A DNA stretch of 64,000 nt from Octopus vulgaris (GCA_951406725.2 OX597817.1:69192001-69256000), one strand, 5' to 3'; numbered from the stretch's first letter, positions 25,387 through 39,156 are shown. The notes: generated by a model from the sequence alone, not told the origin. Translations and numbers: made by a program.

Positions 25387-26789
25387 ATTAAGAAAAGTCT
25401 CACTCAGCATCTCCATGCCAGGCTACATAGCAACTACAAAATCAATGATATTATGAGCTTTAGTTGTTGTAGTTGTTGTTGGTAGTGGCACTGTTGTTTA
25501 ACCATGGGCTAGTTTTATTGAGCAGATCTATATAACCAAAGATGCTCTTGCCATGACCTGATTTTTTTCTCAGGCACAGTACATCATTTTATCTTTTATC
25601 TTTCACTTATTTCAATCATTAGACTGTGGCCAAGCTGGAACATTGCCTTGAAGAATTTTTAGTCAAATGCATAGACCCCAGTACTTATTTTCTCAAAGCC
25701 GGACACTTATTGTATCGATCTCTTTCGTCCAAATGCTAAGTTACAGGCACATAAACACACCGGCACTAGTTGTCAGTCAGTGATGGGAGACAAACACAAA
25801 AGCATATACACACACACATACGCACACACACACACATATATATATATATTATACACACACACATACACACATACACACACACACACACACACAACAAGCT
25901 TTTTTCAGTTTCTGTTGACCAAATCCACTTACAAGGCTTTGGTTGGCCCAAATCTATAGCAAAAGTCACTTTCCCAAGGTGCCTTGCAGTGGAACTGAAC
26001 CTGGAACCATGTGGTTGGGAAGCTAACCTCTTGCCACACAGCCATGTCTGTGCCTATATCCATACCTATGCCTATCTCTATTATCCAGCATGTATTCTTA
26101 TCATTTTGTTTTTTTATAGTAGAGTGAGTCAAATTTGGCTGCTACTTCTAGAATTTTGTTAACCCATGTAAACTACTGAGATGTAGCACAACACTGAGAT
26201 GTAGTAAATACCCACTCAGGAAACTGTTTTTCTGTATAGTTTTAAGTTGCATGAAAGCGGAATGCATGAGAAATATGAAAGTGGATGAGCAATAAAGCTA
26301 TTAGCTTATGTGTGAAAGAAAACAGGTGTGCTGGTTATGGACAAATTAAGTGTGGACAGTATCTGCTGGAGGATAAGCGATATGAGCTAAAAGTGGAAGG
26401 TATCAATAACAGCGTTGGGTCACTGGCAGGAAGAGCAAAGAAGTCATGGGAAAGAGGGCGGTGAGATGAGATTCTGGAGATGTTGGGTCTCACAAACAAG
26501 ATGACATGCAGTCGATTGTGAAGAATTATGATATGCAACACTGTGAATATTAAAATGGTACAGCTGCTGCTATTGCAGATGATGATGATGATGATGATTA
26601 CGATAATGGTGATTACCATGCTATCAGCTTCATCAACTGGAATTCTATAACAATTCTATAGTGTTCTTATAGAGATGTAGAAGATTACAGCACCAGTCCC
26701 CAACAAACAGTAAGGCATTACGCACGAGTTAATGGATAAATATGACAGATTATTTTTAGAAAGGGGTTCTTGTGTCATTTCTAATATAT

Positions 26790-26998
26790 AACTCTTTTAC
26801 TTGTTTCAGTCATTTGACTGTGGCCATGCTGGAGCACCACCTTTAGTCGAGCAAATCGACCCCAGGACTTATTCTTTGTAAGCCTAGTACTTATTCTATC
26901 GGTCTCTTTTGCCGAACCGCTAAGTTACGGGGACGTAAACACACCAGCATCGGTTATCAAGCAATGTTGGGGGGACAAACACAGACACACAAACATAT

Positions 26999-27064
<66 letters not shown>

Positions 27065-27453
27065 CAGGCTTCTTTCAGTTTCCGTCTACCAAATCTACTC
27101 ACAAGGCTTTGGTCGGCCCGAGGTTATAGTAGAAGACACTTGCCCAAGGTGCCATGCAGTGGGACTGAACCTGGAACCATGTGGTTGGTAAGCAAGCTAC
27201 TTACCACACAGCCACTCTTATTTATTTATTTAATTATTTACTCTTTATTTTTCAACTTTTTTTATTTGATTCAGTTATTTGACTGCAGCCATACTGGAGC
27301 ACCACCTTTAGTCTAATAAATCGACCTCAACTTATTCTTTGTAAGCCTAGTACTTATTTTATCAGCTGAACTGCTAAGTAACATGGATGTAAACAAACCA
27401 ATATCAGTTGTCAAGCAATAGTGGCGGGTAGAGACAAACACAAACACAGAAAT

Positions 27454-27484
<31 letters not shown>

Positions 27485-27645
27485 CAATGGGCTTCTTTCA
27501 GTTTCCATCTACCAAATCCACTCACAAGGCTTTGGTCATCTCATGGTTATTGTAGAAGACACTTGCCCAAGGTGCCACACAGTGGGACTGAACACGGAAC
27601 CATGTGGTTGGGAAGCAAGCTCCTTACCACACAGCCACTCTTACA
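26790..27645 (-). mobile_element. Two tandem SINE family A copies (26790-27217, ~27260-27645)
   Basis: Both match the family A body. Confidence 0.88.
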
Positions 27646-27681
27646 CTTATATATTTATCTATTTATCTATCCATTTATTAT

Positions 27682-27954
27682 TAAGGTGGAAAGCAGGCAG
27701 GAATTGTTAGCATGTCAGACAACATGCTCACTGGCATTTCTCCTGGCTTCACATTTTGATTTCAAATGCTGCCATGACTGACTTTGCCTTTCATCCTTTG
27801 GGCGGTGAAGGGGTTCGATAAAATAAGCACCAGTTAAACACAGGGGTTGATGAAATGGACTTTCCTTGCTCGCCCAAAATTTCAAGCCATCTGCTTATAG
27901 TAGAATGAATCATTACTATAATTATTATTGTGATTATTATTATTATTATTGTTA

Positions 27955-27994
<40 letters not shown>

Positions 27995-28063
27995 CATTAT
28001 TATTATTGTTATTATTATTATTGTTATTATTGTTGTTGTTGTTATTATTATTATTATTATTAC

Positions 28064-28095
<32 letters not shown>

Positions 28096-28555
28096 GAATT
28101 GTTAACACAGCAGGTGAAATGCTTAGCAGTATTTCGTCTGCCACTACGTTCTGAGTTCAAATTCTGCTGAGGTCGACTTTGCCTTTCATCCTTTCAGGGT
28201 CGATAAATTAAGTACTAGTCAAACACTGGGGTCAATGTAATCGACTATCCCCCTCTCAACAAATTTCAGGCCTTGCACCTATAATAGAAAGGATTATTAT
28301 TATTATCGTTATCATTATTAAAGCAGTGAGCTGGCAGAATCGTTAGTATACCAGGCAAAATGCACAGTCACATTTTGTCTGTGTTTATGGTCTGAGTTCA
28401 AATTCTGCTGAGGTTGACTTTGCCTTTTATCCTTTCAGGGTCGATAAATTAAGTACCAATGAAACACTGGGGGTCGATGTAATTGGCTAGTTCCCTCCTG
28501 TAAAATTTCAGACCTTGTACCTATAGTAGAAAGGATTATTATTATTATTATTATT
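27682..28555 (+). mobile_element. Three head-to-tail SINE family B copies with (ATT)n tails
   Basis: Repeated GAGTTCAAATTC..GACTTTGCCTTTCATCCTTTC.GGGTCGATAAATTAAGTAC..TAGTAGAAAGG(ATT)n. The tail at 27910-28095 is expanded. Confidence 0.88.
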
Positions 28556-28877
28556 TTATGTTTGACTTTTGCTTTATATTTGTACAAGTTGGCTCCAAGT
28601 CTCACCCAGAGACCTCAAGAGATCACAGGGTGGAAGTTCATGTTGTTGTTATGCCTAGTGTGCCATATATTTGGGGCTTTTTTAGTGTCGTACTAGTGAA
28701 TGTCTAAAAAAAACATACAAAAATTATGTTTGTTTTAAAACTTGAGATTACATAGAAAGTGTTTTGCATAGGATATGAGCAGTTCCCATGAGCACTATAT
28801 TTTGAATTTCTGCCATTTTGGGGTTTCCTGGTCTCTGAGCTAGGTAGTAATCAGCCCCTTTTGCTATCATTCCCTAC

Positions 28878-28878
<1 letters not shown>
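28556..28878 (-). mobile_element. R4/Dong-like (RLE) non-LTR retrotransposon 3' fragment
   Basis: Minus translation GMIAKGADYYLAQRPGNPKMAEIQNIVLMGTAHILCKTLSM* matches the R4-clade terminal IQK..LLGTAHILR motif. (ATT)n lies on both sides. Confidence 0.78.
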
Positions 28879-28932
<54 letters not shown>

Positions 28933-30304
28933 GTTGCTGTTGTTGTTGTTGTTGTTGTTGTTTTGAAGGTAGGGGACTGTTGGAAACTTACACAGAAGTT
29001 CTAGTTTTAGATGGAAGATTACATTACAGCAACCAGAGTTTCAAATGTAAAAACTCAATCATCGCCGTCATCATCATCAGCATCATCATCAGCATCATCA
29101 TCTCTTCCACCCCCCATCCTCCTTGTATATTTAACAAACTGTCAGATGCAGAAATCAAAAGCTTTGACTGCTGCCTTTCAATAATGCCAATAATTCTGAA
29201 ATGTCTTTGTTTCTATGTATGCTGTTTACGTTAGAATTTCCTGCTAAGCAATGCGTAATTTTGACTATTGCTCAGTATTATTAACATGACAAGTGTTTCT
29301 TTCAGACATTTACAACATTTAATGTTCTATTTTATCTTCTATATTTGATGAATTCTAATTAAATTTCTCTTTATTGGTTTGATTTAGTAACACATAAACA
29401 TTGCGCTTAAGATAAAAAGAAATAGTAGAACATTGGACTAAAATACCCATACAATGTTTAATCTCGTTCTCTACATTCTGAGTTCAAATCCCAGTGGGGA
29501 AAGTTGATTTTTCAGCTTTTATTCTTCAAAAGGACGGGTTGCTGATAGATTAAGTATCAGTAATTTTCTTGGCTTAATTCAATTGATCTCTTACAAAAAT
29601 TAGCTTGCATCTTGCCAAAAGAAATCAATAAAGCAATATACAAAATAATAATAATAATGATAATGATAATAATAAATGAAATCTTATTTATGATGCCCAA
29701 GTGGTTAACTTTAATATTAGTAACTCAAACAATAGCAGAGGCATTGATTTCTACCACAAGGCAAAGCGGGTTCTTTTTTTTTATCTGCTTCATTTTACAT
29801 TGCTTGGAAGTACTTTTCATTTCCATATCATGGTTGAATAGTTAGTTTTATGATGTTTATTAATCACTGTAGACATTTTTATTATTTATTTTATTTATTT
29901 TATTTATTTATTTATTTATTTTTTGATTTATTAATTTGTAGCAGTTTAGCAATGTTTTTTTGTCTTTTCATATTGTTGGGCTGGTAAGAGAGAAATTTCC
30001 CTCCTGAACGTGTATTGGACGACAGTCTCTCTTGGGTTCCTTTTCTTGAATGATTTCTCAAACAAGGATACATGACAGGCCAATTTACAGCCATCCCTTC
30101 ACAAAGATCTCATGAAAGCTGCAAGATGATGGTAGATCAATTCAAAACAAAGTGGTGCAATACAACACCGGGAAGAATTTGTACTCCTCCAACACAAAAG
30201 AAAAAAACCCCAAAACAAGAACATACAATACTTCACACACCAGAGCAGCACAGAGGTGATCTAGTAGAAATTTGCCTGAAACTATCAAATATTGAATAAT
30301 AATA

Positions 30305-30835
30305 ATAATGCAGTACTAGGCAGTGGCTCTCATGGCTTCTGATCTTAACTTATTGGAAGTGTTGTAATGTATATGTTTTGTACTGGTATAAAAGATGGGC
30401 TACAGCAAAGATTCTACTAAATACCACAGATTTTCTTGTCAGTTGCTTGACCTTAACCTGTTGAGAATGTCCCTTAATGGCTGATGATATGTGCATCTCT
30501 AATCACAAGCAGAAGTAGTTGGGGAACATCATAGTCATGTGCTGAGAGGAATTCTTTGGGGTTTTAATAATTCATCCCTTGAAACATGGGTGTTTTGTTC
30601 ATCATCATTAAACAACCCTTATTCATTAACCTTTTAAGCAGTATAGGCTACTTGACCCAAAGAAAATTCTAGCTGGGCCCCCACCTACAAGGTCAGGTGC
30701 TGTTTATCTTGACATGAGATCATGTCATGCACATATAGTTGCAATGCATATGCCTGGTGTACCTTTATCAGACTGGTAGTCGTATATTTGCACTCCAGAG
30801 TCACTTTGATGGCATGTGCTGCTCTCTCGCTCAAT
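30305..30835. mobile_element. Unclassified interspersed repeat flanked by (TAA)n (partial second copy ~62735-63065)
   Basis: Shared GAAACATGG.TGTTTTGTTCATCA..AAACAACCCTTATTCAT..CTGGGCCCC..CTCTCTC.CTCA.TAATAA. Confidence 0.7.
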
Positions 30836-30837
30836 AA

Positions 30838-30990
30838 TAACAGAACATACTCAGAAAACTACTCTATTTAGGACAGTAAAGATCTTGAGATTTCTACTTG
30901 GATCTTAAGTATCATGGAAAGAGACTTTGAGATGCCTTACGGCAGGTTGTTGTCCACTCTTACAGAATTAGCCAGAGTAAGTGAAATGGA

Positions 30991-30992
<2 letters not shown>
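30838..30992 (+). mobile_element. Second R4/Dong-like 3' fragment
   Basis: TEHTQKTTLFRTVKILRFLLGS* followed by a short UTR and a (TAA)n tail, and preceded by TAATAA. Confidence 0.6.
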
Positions 30993-31049
<57 letters not shown>

Positions 31050-31419
31050 TAACAATAATAACAACAACAATAATAATCCTTTCTATTATAGGCACAAGGC
31101 CTGAAATTTTGGGGAGGAACCAGTTGATTAGATTGACCCTAAAAAGATGAAAGGCAAAGTCGACCTCAACAGAATTTAAATTCAGAACATAAAGACAAAG
31201 TACCTTATTTACAGTAGTAGATAGCTACAATCCTTCTCTTCTGTTATCGCAGTTTTTAAAATCATATTGTAGTTCCAAATTCCAGTTATCTTTGGCCTTT
31301 GTTAGAATTTGAACTCAGAACACAAGAGAGCTAGAACAGATGCTATGAGGAGGTATTTCATTTGATGATTGAACAATTCTGCCAATCCACTTTTATGGAC
31401 TGGTATTTTATGGATGAGG

Positions 31420-32292
31420 ACAGTACGTATGGATGAGGATGGCTGTGTGAGGAAGTGCCACTCCCTAACTGTGAAAGTAACCTGTGGAAGAGGTAGACCC
31501 AGGAAGATATCGGATGAGGTGGTGAAGCATGACCTTCGAATATTGGGCCTCACAAAGGCAATGACAGGAGACAAAGACCTTTGGAGATATGCTGTGATTG
31601 AGAAGACCCAGCAACTAAAATGAGATTACAGCCATGCATGTCTGGCCCAGTTAAGAGTACCCCTGATGCATCAGGTGATATGATATGCTTGAGAAAACCT
31701 GTTGAGTCAAGAAAAACCAATATCATAGCTGTGACCAGTGCCCTCTGACCGACTCCTATGCCAGTGGCATGTAAAAAGCACCATCTGAACATGGTCGATG
31801 CCAGGTCTGACTGACTGGCTCCCATGCCAGTGGCACATAAAAGCACCGTATGAATGTGGCTGATGCCAGTACTCCCTGACTGGCTCTCGTGCCAGTGACA
31901 CGTAAAATGGACTATCCAAACATGATCAACGCCAGGACCAGGACCACCTGACTGCCCCCACATCCTGTGCCAGTGGAACGTAAAAAGCAACATCCAAACA
32001 TGGCTGATGCAAGTACCCCCTGACTGGCCCCTGTTCTGGTGGCATATAAAAAGCACTACCCAGATGTGATCGATGCCAGGCCCACTTGACTGGCTCCTGT
32101 ACCGGTGGTACATAAAAAGCACCCACTACACTCTTGGAGTGGTTGGCATTAGGAAGGGCATCCAGTTGTAGAAACATTGCCAGATCAGATTGGAGCCTAG
32201 TGCAGCTGATGGCTCCCCAGACCTCAGTCAAACCATCCAACCCATGCCAACATGGAAAATGGATATTAAATAATGATGATGATGATGATGAT
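31420..32292 (+). mobile_element. RTE LINE 3' fragment with six ~64-bp tandem units
   Basis: VRMDEDGCVRKC..GRGRPRKI, then tandem units at 31750-32125 and a (GAT)n tail. Confidence 0.88.
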
Positions 32293-32803
32293 CCTCAAAA
32301 GATGAAAGGGTATTTTGGCCTTGGCAGGCAGTGAATTTAGAAAGCAGAGAACTTGAACGAATACTGCAAGGCATTTTATCAAACAGACTCGCAATCATGC
32401 CATTTTACCATCTCTATGGATAATAGGATTTGTTAACAGTTCCTTAGTGTCATTATTTGTATTGTTATAAATATACACTATATTCAATCTTTCAAAATTG
32501 CTTCTGTTCTGGTAAACAACCATCCCAAATTCACAAACCTCTTCTTTTTATGGTCTGAGTAATAATGATGACATTTAATCATCATCATTTTAACATTTGC
32601 TTTTCCATGTTTGCATAGGTTGAACAGAATTTATTGAGGTGGATGGATTTTCTACAGCTGGATGCCCTTCCTGTCACTAATCTTCACCTATTTCCAAATC
32701 AGGAAATATTTCCCCATGGCTGGACATGTTTTCATGAAAAACTGGAAACAAACGACACTGCCTGCATGACAGTGACACTCATTTACAACTATCTAGGAAA
32801 TAT

Positions 32804-32834
<31 letters not shown>

Positions 32835-32885
32835 TTACAGGTTGCATTCAGTTTCCATCCACCAATATAGATATGAAACAATAAT

Positions 32886-33253
32886 AACAAAAACATTCAG
32901 AGAGTGCAAACCTCCACCAAGGCAACACCAACGTCCTCTTAATGATTAACTTGAGATGATTTTTAAAATGAGAACATCTGTAACTTGACTGCTCTCACAA
33001 ACGAGAATACTAAAAAATGAATCTGACCACTCTCAAAAATTAAGTAAAAAAAAAACAGAAAAATAATCCAGAATCCTTCTCCGGTACCAGCTCAATCCCT
33101 AAATCTAATCAGTTTGTGCCAGTCAAGAGGCTAAACATCCCTGAAAGTTTCATCCAAATTCATTCAGTAGGTCTTGAGATATCTTGTCCACAGACAAACA
33201 AACAAACACAACTGCAAACAATACCTCCAACTTTGCTAAGGTAGAGGTAATAA
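32886..33253 (-). mobile_element. Non-autonomous Helentron (HINE/DINE-like) element
   Basis: Reverse complement of 55356-55725, with subterminal IRs and a terminal hairpin. Confidence 0.75.
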
Positions 33254-33302
33254 TCTCTGAAATAAAGAGATTATTTTAGTAATTGATATTTTCTATAAAT
33301 CT

Positions 33303-33980
33303 AAGGCAGCAAGTTGGCAGTATTGTAAGTATGTCAGGCAAAGCACTTAGAGGTATTTTCGTCCATCTTTAATCTCTAAGTTGTAATTTCACAAAGGTCA
33401 ACCTACCTTTCATCCTTTCAGGGTGAATAATGTAAGTACCAGTTTAGCATTGGGGTCAATATAAATAAACCAATCTTGCTGGCCTTGTGCCAAAATTTGA
33501 AACCAATATTTTCCCAAGATTAGAGCAGCATACTGTCAGAATTATTAGATCCTACAACAAAAATTTTATTTCAGCACTTAGTTAAGGCTTTTTGTTACAA
33601 ATACAGCGTTCTTTCATCTGCCTTTACATTCTGAGTTCAAATTCCGCCGAGATCGACTTTGCCTTTCTTCCTTTTGGGGTTGATAAATTAAGTACCAGTT
33701 ATGCACTGGGGTCAATATAATCGGCTTATTACCGTTTGTCTGTCCTTGTTTGTCCCCTCTGTGTTTAGCCCCTTCTGGGTAGTAAAGAAATATATAAATA
33801 CAGCATTCAAATTTCACCAAGCTCAGCTTTGCTACTCAACCTTCTGAGGTGGGAGTGGAGGAAGGGACAGGGGAGAGTCAATGACATAAACTACAAGTTA
33901 CAGATTGGCGTTGATCTAATCGACTATACTCCCTCCCACCAAAAATTAGAAGCTTTGTACCAATATTAGAAATCAATATA
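33303..33980 (+). mobile_element. Cluster of diverged SINE family B copies
   Basis: Repeated GCCTTTC.TCCTTT..GGG.TGA..AAGTACCAGTT core. Confidence 0.7.
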
Positions 33981-35691
33981 GCTCTATACATAAAATACCA
34001 AAGATTACTGCATGGCATACTGGAAACAACTGATCTATGGCTCACACCTACAAGTCATTCAGTCAATTACTTATCTGCCGTATATCTGCTTGATCTGAAT
34101 TGAGTAGCTGGTGGAGAGTGGCTGACTGCACAGCAACAGAAACCTAAGACTGCTCAAGGTATACATTGACTAAAACCAGTGTTTGATCTCAAATTATTTG
34201 CATCGATTCATAAAAATCAATTTACAATATGTGTCTATATAAATATATATATATATGTATGTATATATATGCAATAAAAGATATGTTACAACAGTTAGTA
34301 GACAATAAATAAATATGAAAAATAGATAAATCATATCAGGGGTATTGTTATAGTGTTTATTAGAGAACTTATCTTAAAAAACACGCACAAGAGTTTAAGG
34401 TCATGTATAGAAAACATAACTAACTAAATTTAATTTTTTTTTTTTCCAACAATAATATCCTCCTAGACATTCTGCTTCCAGCAATTCAAAGCACAAAACA
34501 CATTGATTGGCTAAACAGGTTGTTGTTTTTCTTTCTATTGCTGTCTAACCACACCTTTGCACAAATATGACACTAAACACACACACATCAACACGAATTA
34601 ACAAAGGAAACAAGGCAGTATATTAGCATGAATGAAAATACACACACACAGACACATGCATGCATACATACACACACATACGCACACACACACATTTATG
34701 TACACAAACACTTGTATTCAAAAAACCAAACCCATTGCTGTAACTGCTTAACACGCTGTGCACAAATACGTACTTTGCACACCTACTTCAACCATACAAT
34801 ATGACCAGACCTGATAAGTAGTGATGTTAAGAGGGAGGAATAAATTTGGTAAATCGCCTCTGCTATTTGTTTAAATTTAACAATTGGCAGCCTTTATGAA
34901 TCGGCAGATATATTACAAATATGCTGACAATCAAAGCAGAATTATTGTCTAGAATTTATTTATTGAAATGAATTTAGAAGCAGAGAATAGCAGCAGACTA
35001 GTTAGAATGCAGAACTAGAAACAGAATGCTGTTCGTTTGAATCTCTCCTGATAATTGTTGCATCAAGCCAGATATGGTCAAGTGTTGAAGAACTTTGCTT
35101 TGCAAGCATGTGGATCTAGGTTCAATATCTTGCACATAACATTGGATACATAATTCTATCATAAACTCAGGTTGGCCAACATTACTTGAGTGAAATTTCA
35201 AAGAAGTGAACTTTGTGGAAGAATGTAGCAAGCTTTACTGTACTTGTCAAGTGAGATCAAGTGAGATCATACTGAAGACTTGTCAAGTGAGATCATAGCT
35301 GTGGCTGATGCCAGGGTTGTGTAACTGGTACTTGTGCTGGTGGCATGTAAAAAGTACCCTCTACACTCTTGGAGTAGTCAGTGTTAGGAAGGATATCCAG
35401 CTATAGAAACCATGCCAAATCAGACTGAAACCTAGTGCAGCTACCCCAGCTTACCGTTTTCAGTCAAACCATTCAACCTATGTCAGTATGGAAAATGGAC
35501 ATTAAATGAGGATGATGATGATATATGTATATATCTTTCATTTATTTATAGTAAAAAAACACACAAATTTCCACACGAAAGCACGTGATTTCTGCCCTTG
35601 GCATGTAGCTTCAACCGTGTTTTCTGACGTGAATTTGCTACCCGGGTATCGGTTAACCGAATTATCCATACTAGGATAATTCATTCAACTA

Positions 35692-35733
<42 letters not shown>

Positions 35734-35735
<2 letters not shown>

Positions 35736-35840
35736 AAGGGGTGCTGAGAATTTCCCAGTTTTAAAGATATCACAAAAGAGGCCAAACCCTTAGAAAACTG
35801 AAGGGCCATGGCAATAAATGTGGGAATCAGCACCCCCTCA
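35734..35840 (+). mobile_element. Mariner-derived mini element (~105 bp)
   Basis: GGGGTGCTGA / TCAGCACCCC short TIRs, with the right end followed by TA. Confidence 0.5.
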
Positions 35841-35982
35841 TATATGTGTATGTGTGTATATATATATGATTGAACTGGATGTTAGGATGTTAGTTTAACA
35901 TGTATGCAAAGTTTCGTCAAGATTAGTTCACTGGTGTAGGCAGCAAGATGGTAACAGACAGAAAATACCATTTATGTATAAG

Positions 35983-36020
<38 letters not shown>

Positions 36021-36907
36021 AGTTGAAATTTACAGAAAAACAAAAGACAGGTGTATAAACAACAACCAGGTATATATATATATATATATATATATATCTT
36101 GTATATCTTATTTTATTCTTATTTGTTTCATTCACTGGAATGCAGCCATGCTGGAGCACTGCCTTCAAGGATCTAGGCAAACTAATTGACCCCACTATTT
36201 ACTTTTCATGACTGTATTTACTTTTACTAAACTGCTAAGTTATGGTGAAGTAAATAAACCAAGAATAGTTGTCAACTTGTGAGTGAATGAGAGGGTCAAA
36301 CAAAAACACAAAGACATATACACATATACATATGTACATACATACATTCATGCATACATACATAGGCATATGTACATACATACATACATACATACATACA
36401 TACATACATACACACACACATACATACACTGTTGTTGTTGTTGATATTTCAATGAAGGAGCCTTGGATCTAGGTTACAAACTGGCTCTTTCGCTATTGGC
36501 AAGAAATCTTGAAATAAAACTGAATAATGATATACATAAATACACACATACTATACATATACATACACACACACACATACATGACAGGTTTCCACACATT
36601 TTTCATCAACCAAATTTGCTTACAAGGTATTGGTTGACCTGGAGCTAAAGTAGAAGAGACTTGACTTAGGTGCCATGCAGTGCGACTGAACCTAAAATCA
36701 ATTGGTTGCAAAGCAGGCTTTTTAACCACACTGCCATTAATTCATTTTGACATCTTTTTCCCATGCTATATGCCTATGCTCCACTCTCCACAGCAATTTC
36801 ATTGTACTTTTTGTAGTCTTTATGTCTTCTGCTATAGTTCTAGGCTACCCAAAGCCTTGTGAGTGGATCTGATAGACAGAAACTAAAAGATGCCCATCTT
36901 ATATATA

Positions 36908-37295
36908 CTCTTTTACTCTTTTACCTGTTTCAGTCATTTGACTGCGGCCATGCTGGAGCACCGCCTTTAGTCGACCAAATCGACCCCGGGACTTATTCTT
37001 TATAAACCAGTACTTATTCTATCGGTCTCTTTTGCCGAACCGCTAAGTGACGGGGACGTAAACACACCAGCATCGGTTGTCAAGCAATGCTAGGGGGACA
37101 AACACACAAACACATACACACACATACATATATATATATACATATATACGACAGGCTTCTTTCAGTTTCTGTCTACCAAATCCACTCACAAGGCATTGGT
37201 CAGCCCGAGGCTATACAGAAGACACTTGCCCAAGAAGCCACGCAGTGGGACTGAACCCAGAACCATGTGGTTGGTTAGCAAGCTACTTACCACAC
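36908..37295 (-). mobile_element. SINE family A, young subtype
   Basis: Shares diagnostic variants (GCAATGCTAGGGGGAC, GGCATTGGTC, GTTAGCAAGC) with 46605-47010. Confidence 0.9.
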
Positions 37296-38386
37296 ACATG
37301 TCTTTTACCATTTATTTCTTTCAGTCATTAACCTGTGGACATGATGGGGGGTACTACCTTTAAGAGTTTTTTAGTTGGATGAATCAACCCCAGTACACTT
37401 TTTTTAAGCCAGGCATTTATTCAATCAGTCACTTTTTGCTGAACTGCTAAGTCATGGGGACATAAACAAACCAACGCCAGTCACTTGTATGATGGTGATG
37501 CTTGCTTACAGTCATTACATGGTGTCAAGACAAGGGTCCACACATACACACATATACACACGCACACACATATACATACACACGCGCACACACACATACA
37601 TTGAGTTTCTTCCAGTTTCCATCAACCAAATCCACTTGTAAGGCTCTGGTCAGCCCAAATGAAATGTGAAGACAAGGGTTTGCACAATGGTCCCAGTTTC
37701 CATTTGCAAAATTCACTTGCAAGGGTTTGATCAACCACGCCTATAGTAAAACGCTTTCATAAATTGTTGTACAATGGGACTGAACCCAATACAGCATGGT
37801 CAGGAAGCAAGCTTCTAAACCACACAGCCACACATACACCTACAATGAATAAAAGCTATATATTATTCATGTCTACTAATAGCCATACATAATTCCCAGT
37901 GAGTATTGTATCGTATTGCAGCAACTATTAACAACACATAACTTTCCTTTAATGCTTAATTTAGAAATAATTGACTCTCTCAAGTGCTCTGATTAAAACG
38001 AACCAACAAACTGTAGAGATTCTAGTTAATGTTTGTGTGGTTGGATTTCAAAACAATAAAAGGTACTCCAGGGTTGCTTAGCTCAACTGATCTTGGCAGT
38101 TATAGGGAAAGACTATGGACGTTGACCAATCCAGGAGTATAAGTGATATATTTGTGTTTCAGTGAAAAAAGAAGTAATAAATGGAAGCATTGTCACATAT
38201 AATAAAATATAATAAAGAACAGTATTATATTATAACTTCATATCATCCCCATATTTAGTGCGGTTAACAAAATAAATTAGTAGTGAGGCAATATGTATGC
38301 ATATATATATATATACCGAAGTAAACACATAAATGTGAAACAAGCTGGAAAAAAGAGTACTCAAATACCAGAGGTAGAGTAATATG

Positions 38387-38541
38387 CTTTATTAAAAGCA
38401 GCAGAAATATCACAAAAACTGCTACTCAGAGTTTCACGCTCCTGTTCATTGGACAGTTTCGTTAGAACAAAACCATCCAACGAACAGGAACATGAAACTC
38501 TGAGTAGCAGCTTTTGGGATATTTCTGCTGCTTTTAATAAA

Positions 38542-38542
<1 letters not shown>
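38387..38542. repeat. Hairpin with ~73-bp arms, each carrying a degenerate minimal hammerhead motif
   Basis: Arms CTTTATTAAAAGCAGCAGAAATATC...GGACAGTTT and AAACCATCC...GATATTTCTGCTGCTTTTAATAAAG with a ~10-nt loop. Confidence 0.88.
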
Positions 38543-38575
<33 letters not shown>

Positions 38576-39095
38576 ATGCGTGTGTGTTGGGGCTAAGTAA
38601 AAAGCACCTGTATTGGTGCTATGTAAATGTATCCATGCTGGTGCTGCATAAAAGCACCTAGTACACTCTGTAAAGTGGTTGGCATTAGGAAGGGCATCCA
38701 GCCATAGAAATCATGCCAAAAGAGACATGGAACTTGGACAGCACTTCAGCTGGCCAGCTCCCGTCAAACTGTCCAACATATGCTAGCGTGGAAATTAGTC
38801 ATTAAGTGCTGATGATGATATATAGGGAGCTGTGCTCAGGATTTCGTGATCATGGTTTCAATTCCTTGACTGGGTGGTATGTGTTCATGATCAAAACACT
38901 TCATCTCATGTTGTACTTCAGTTGTTTGAACACCTGAAACATGGAGTCTAGTGCAGCTACTCAGCTTGCCAGCTCTAGTCAAACTGTCCAACCCATGTTA
39001 GCATGGACAACGGACATTAAATGAAGATGATGATGAGGATGATGCTATACATACATATATATGTATATATATATATATGTGTGTGTGTGTGTATA

Positions 39096-39156
<61 letters not shown>

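Noticed and set aside
27791-28170. Poly-I/L/N/Y ORFs
   Set aside because: Expanded (ATT)n SINE tail.
29259-29280. Loose resemblance to miR-315
   Set aside because: Several mismatches, including in the seed, and no convincing precursor hairpin.
31750-32125. CRISPR-like repeat/spacer appearance
   Set aside because: The spacers are homologous to each other, the array lies in a LINE 3' UTR in a eukaryotic context, and there are no cas genes.
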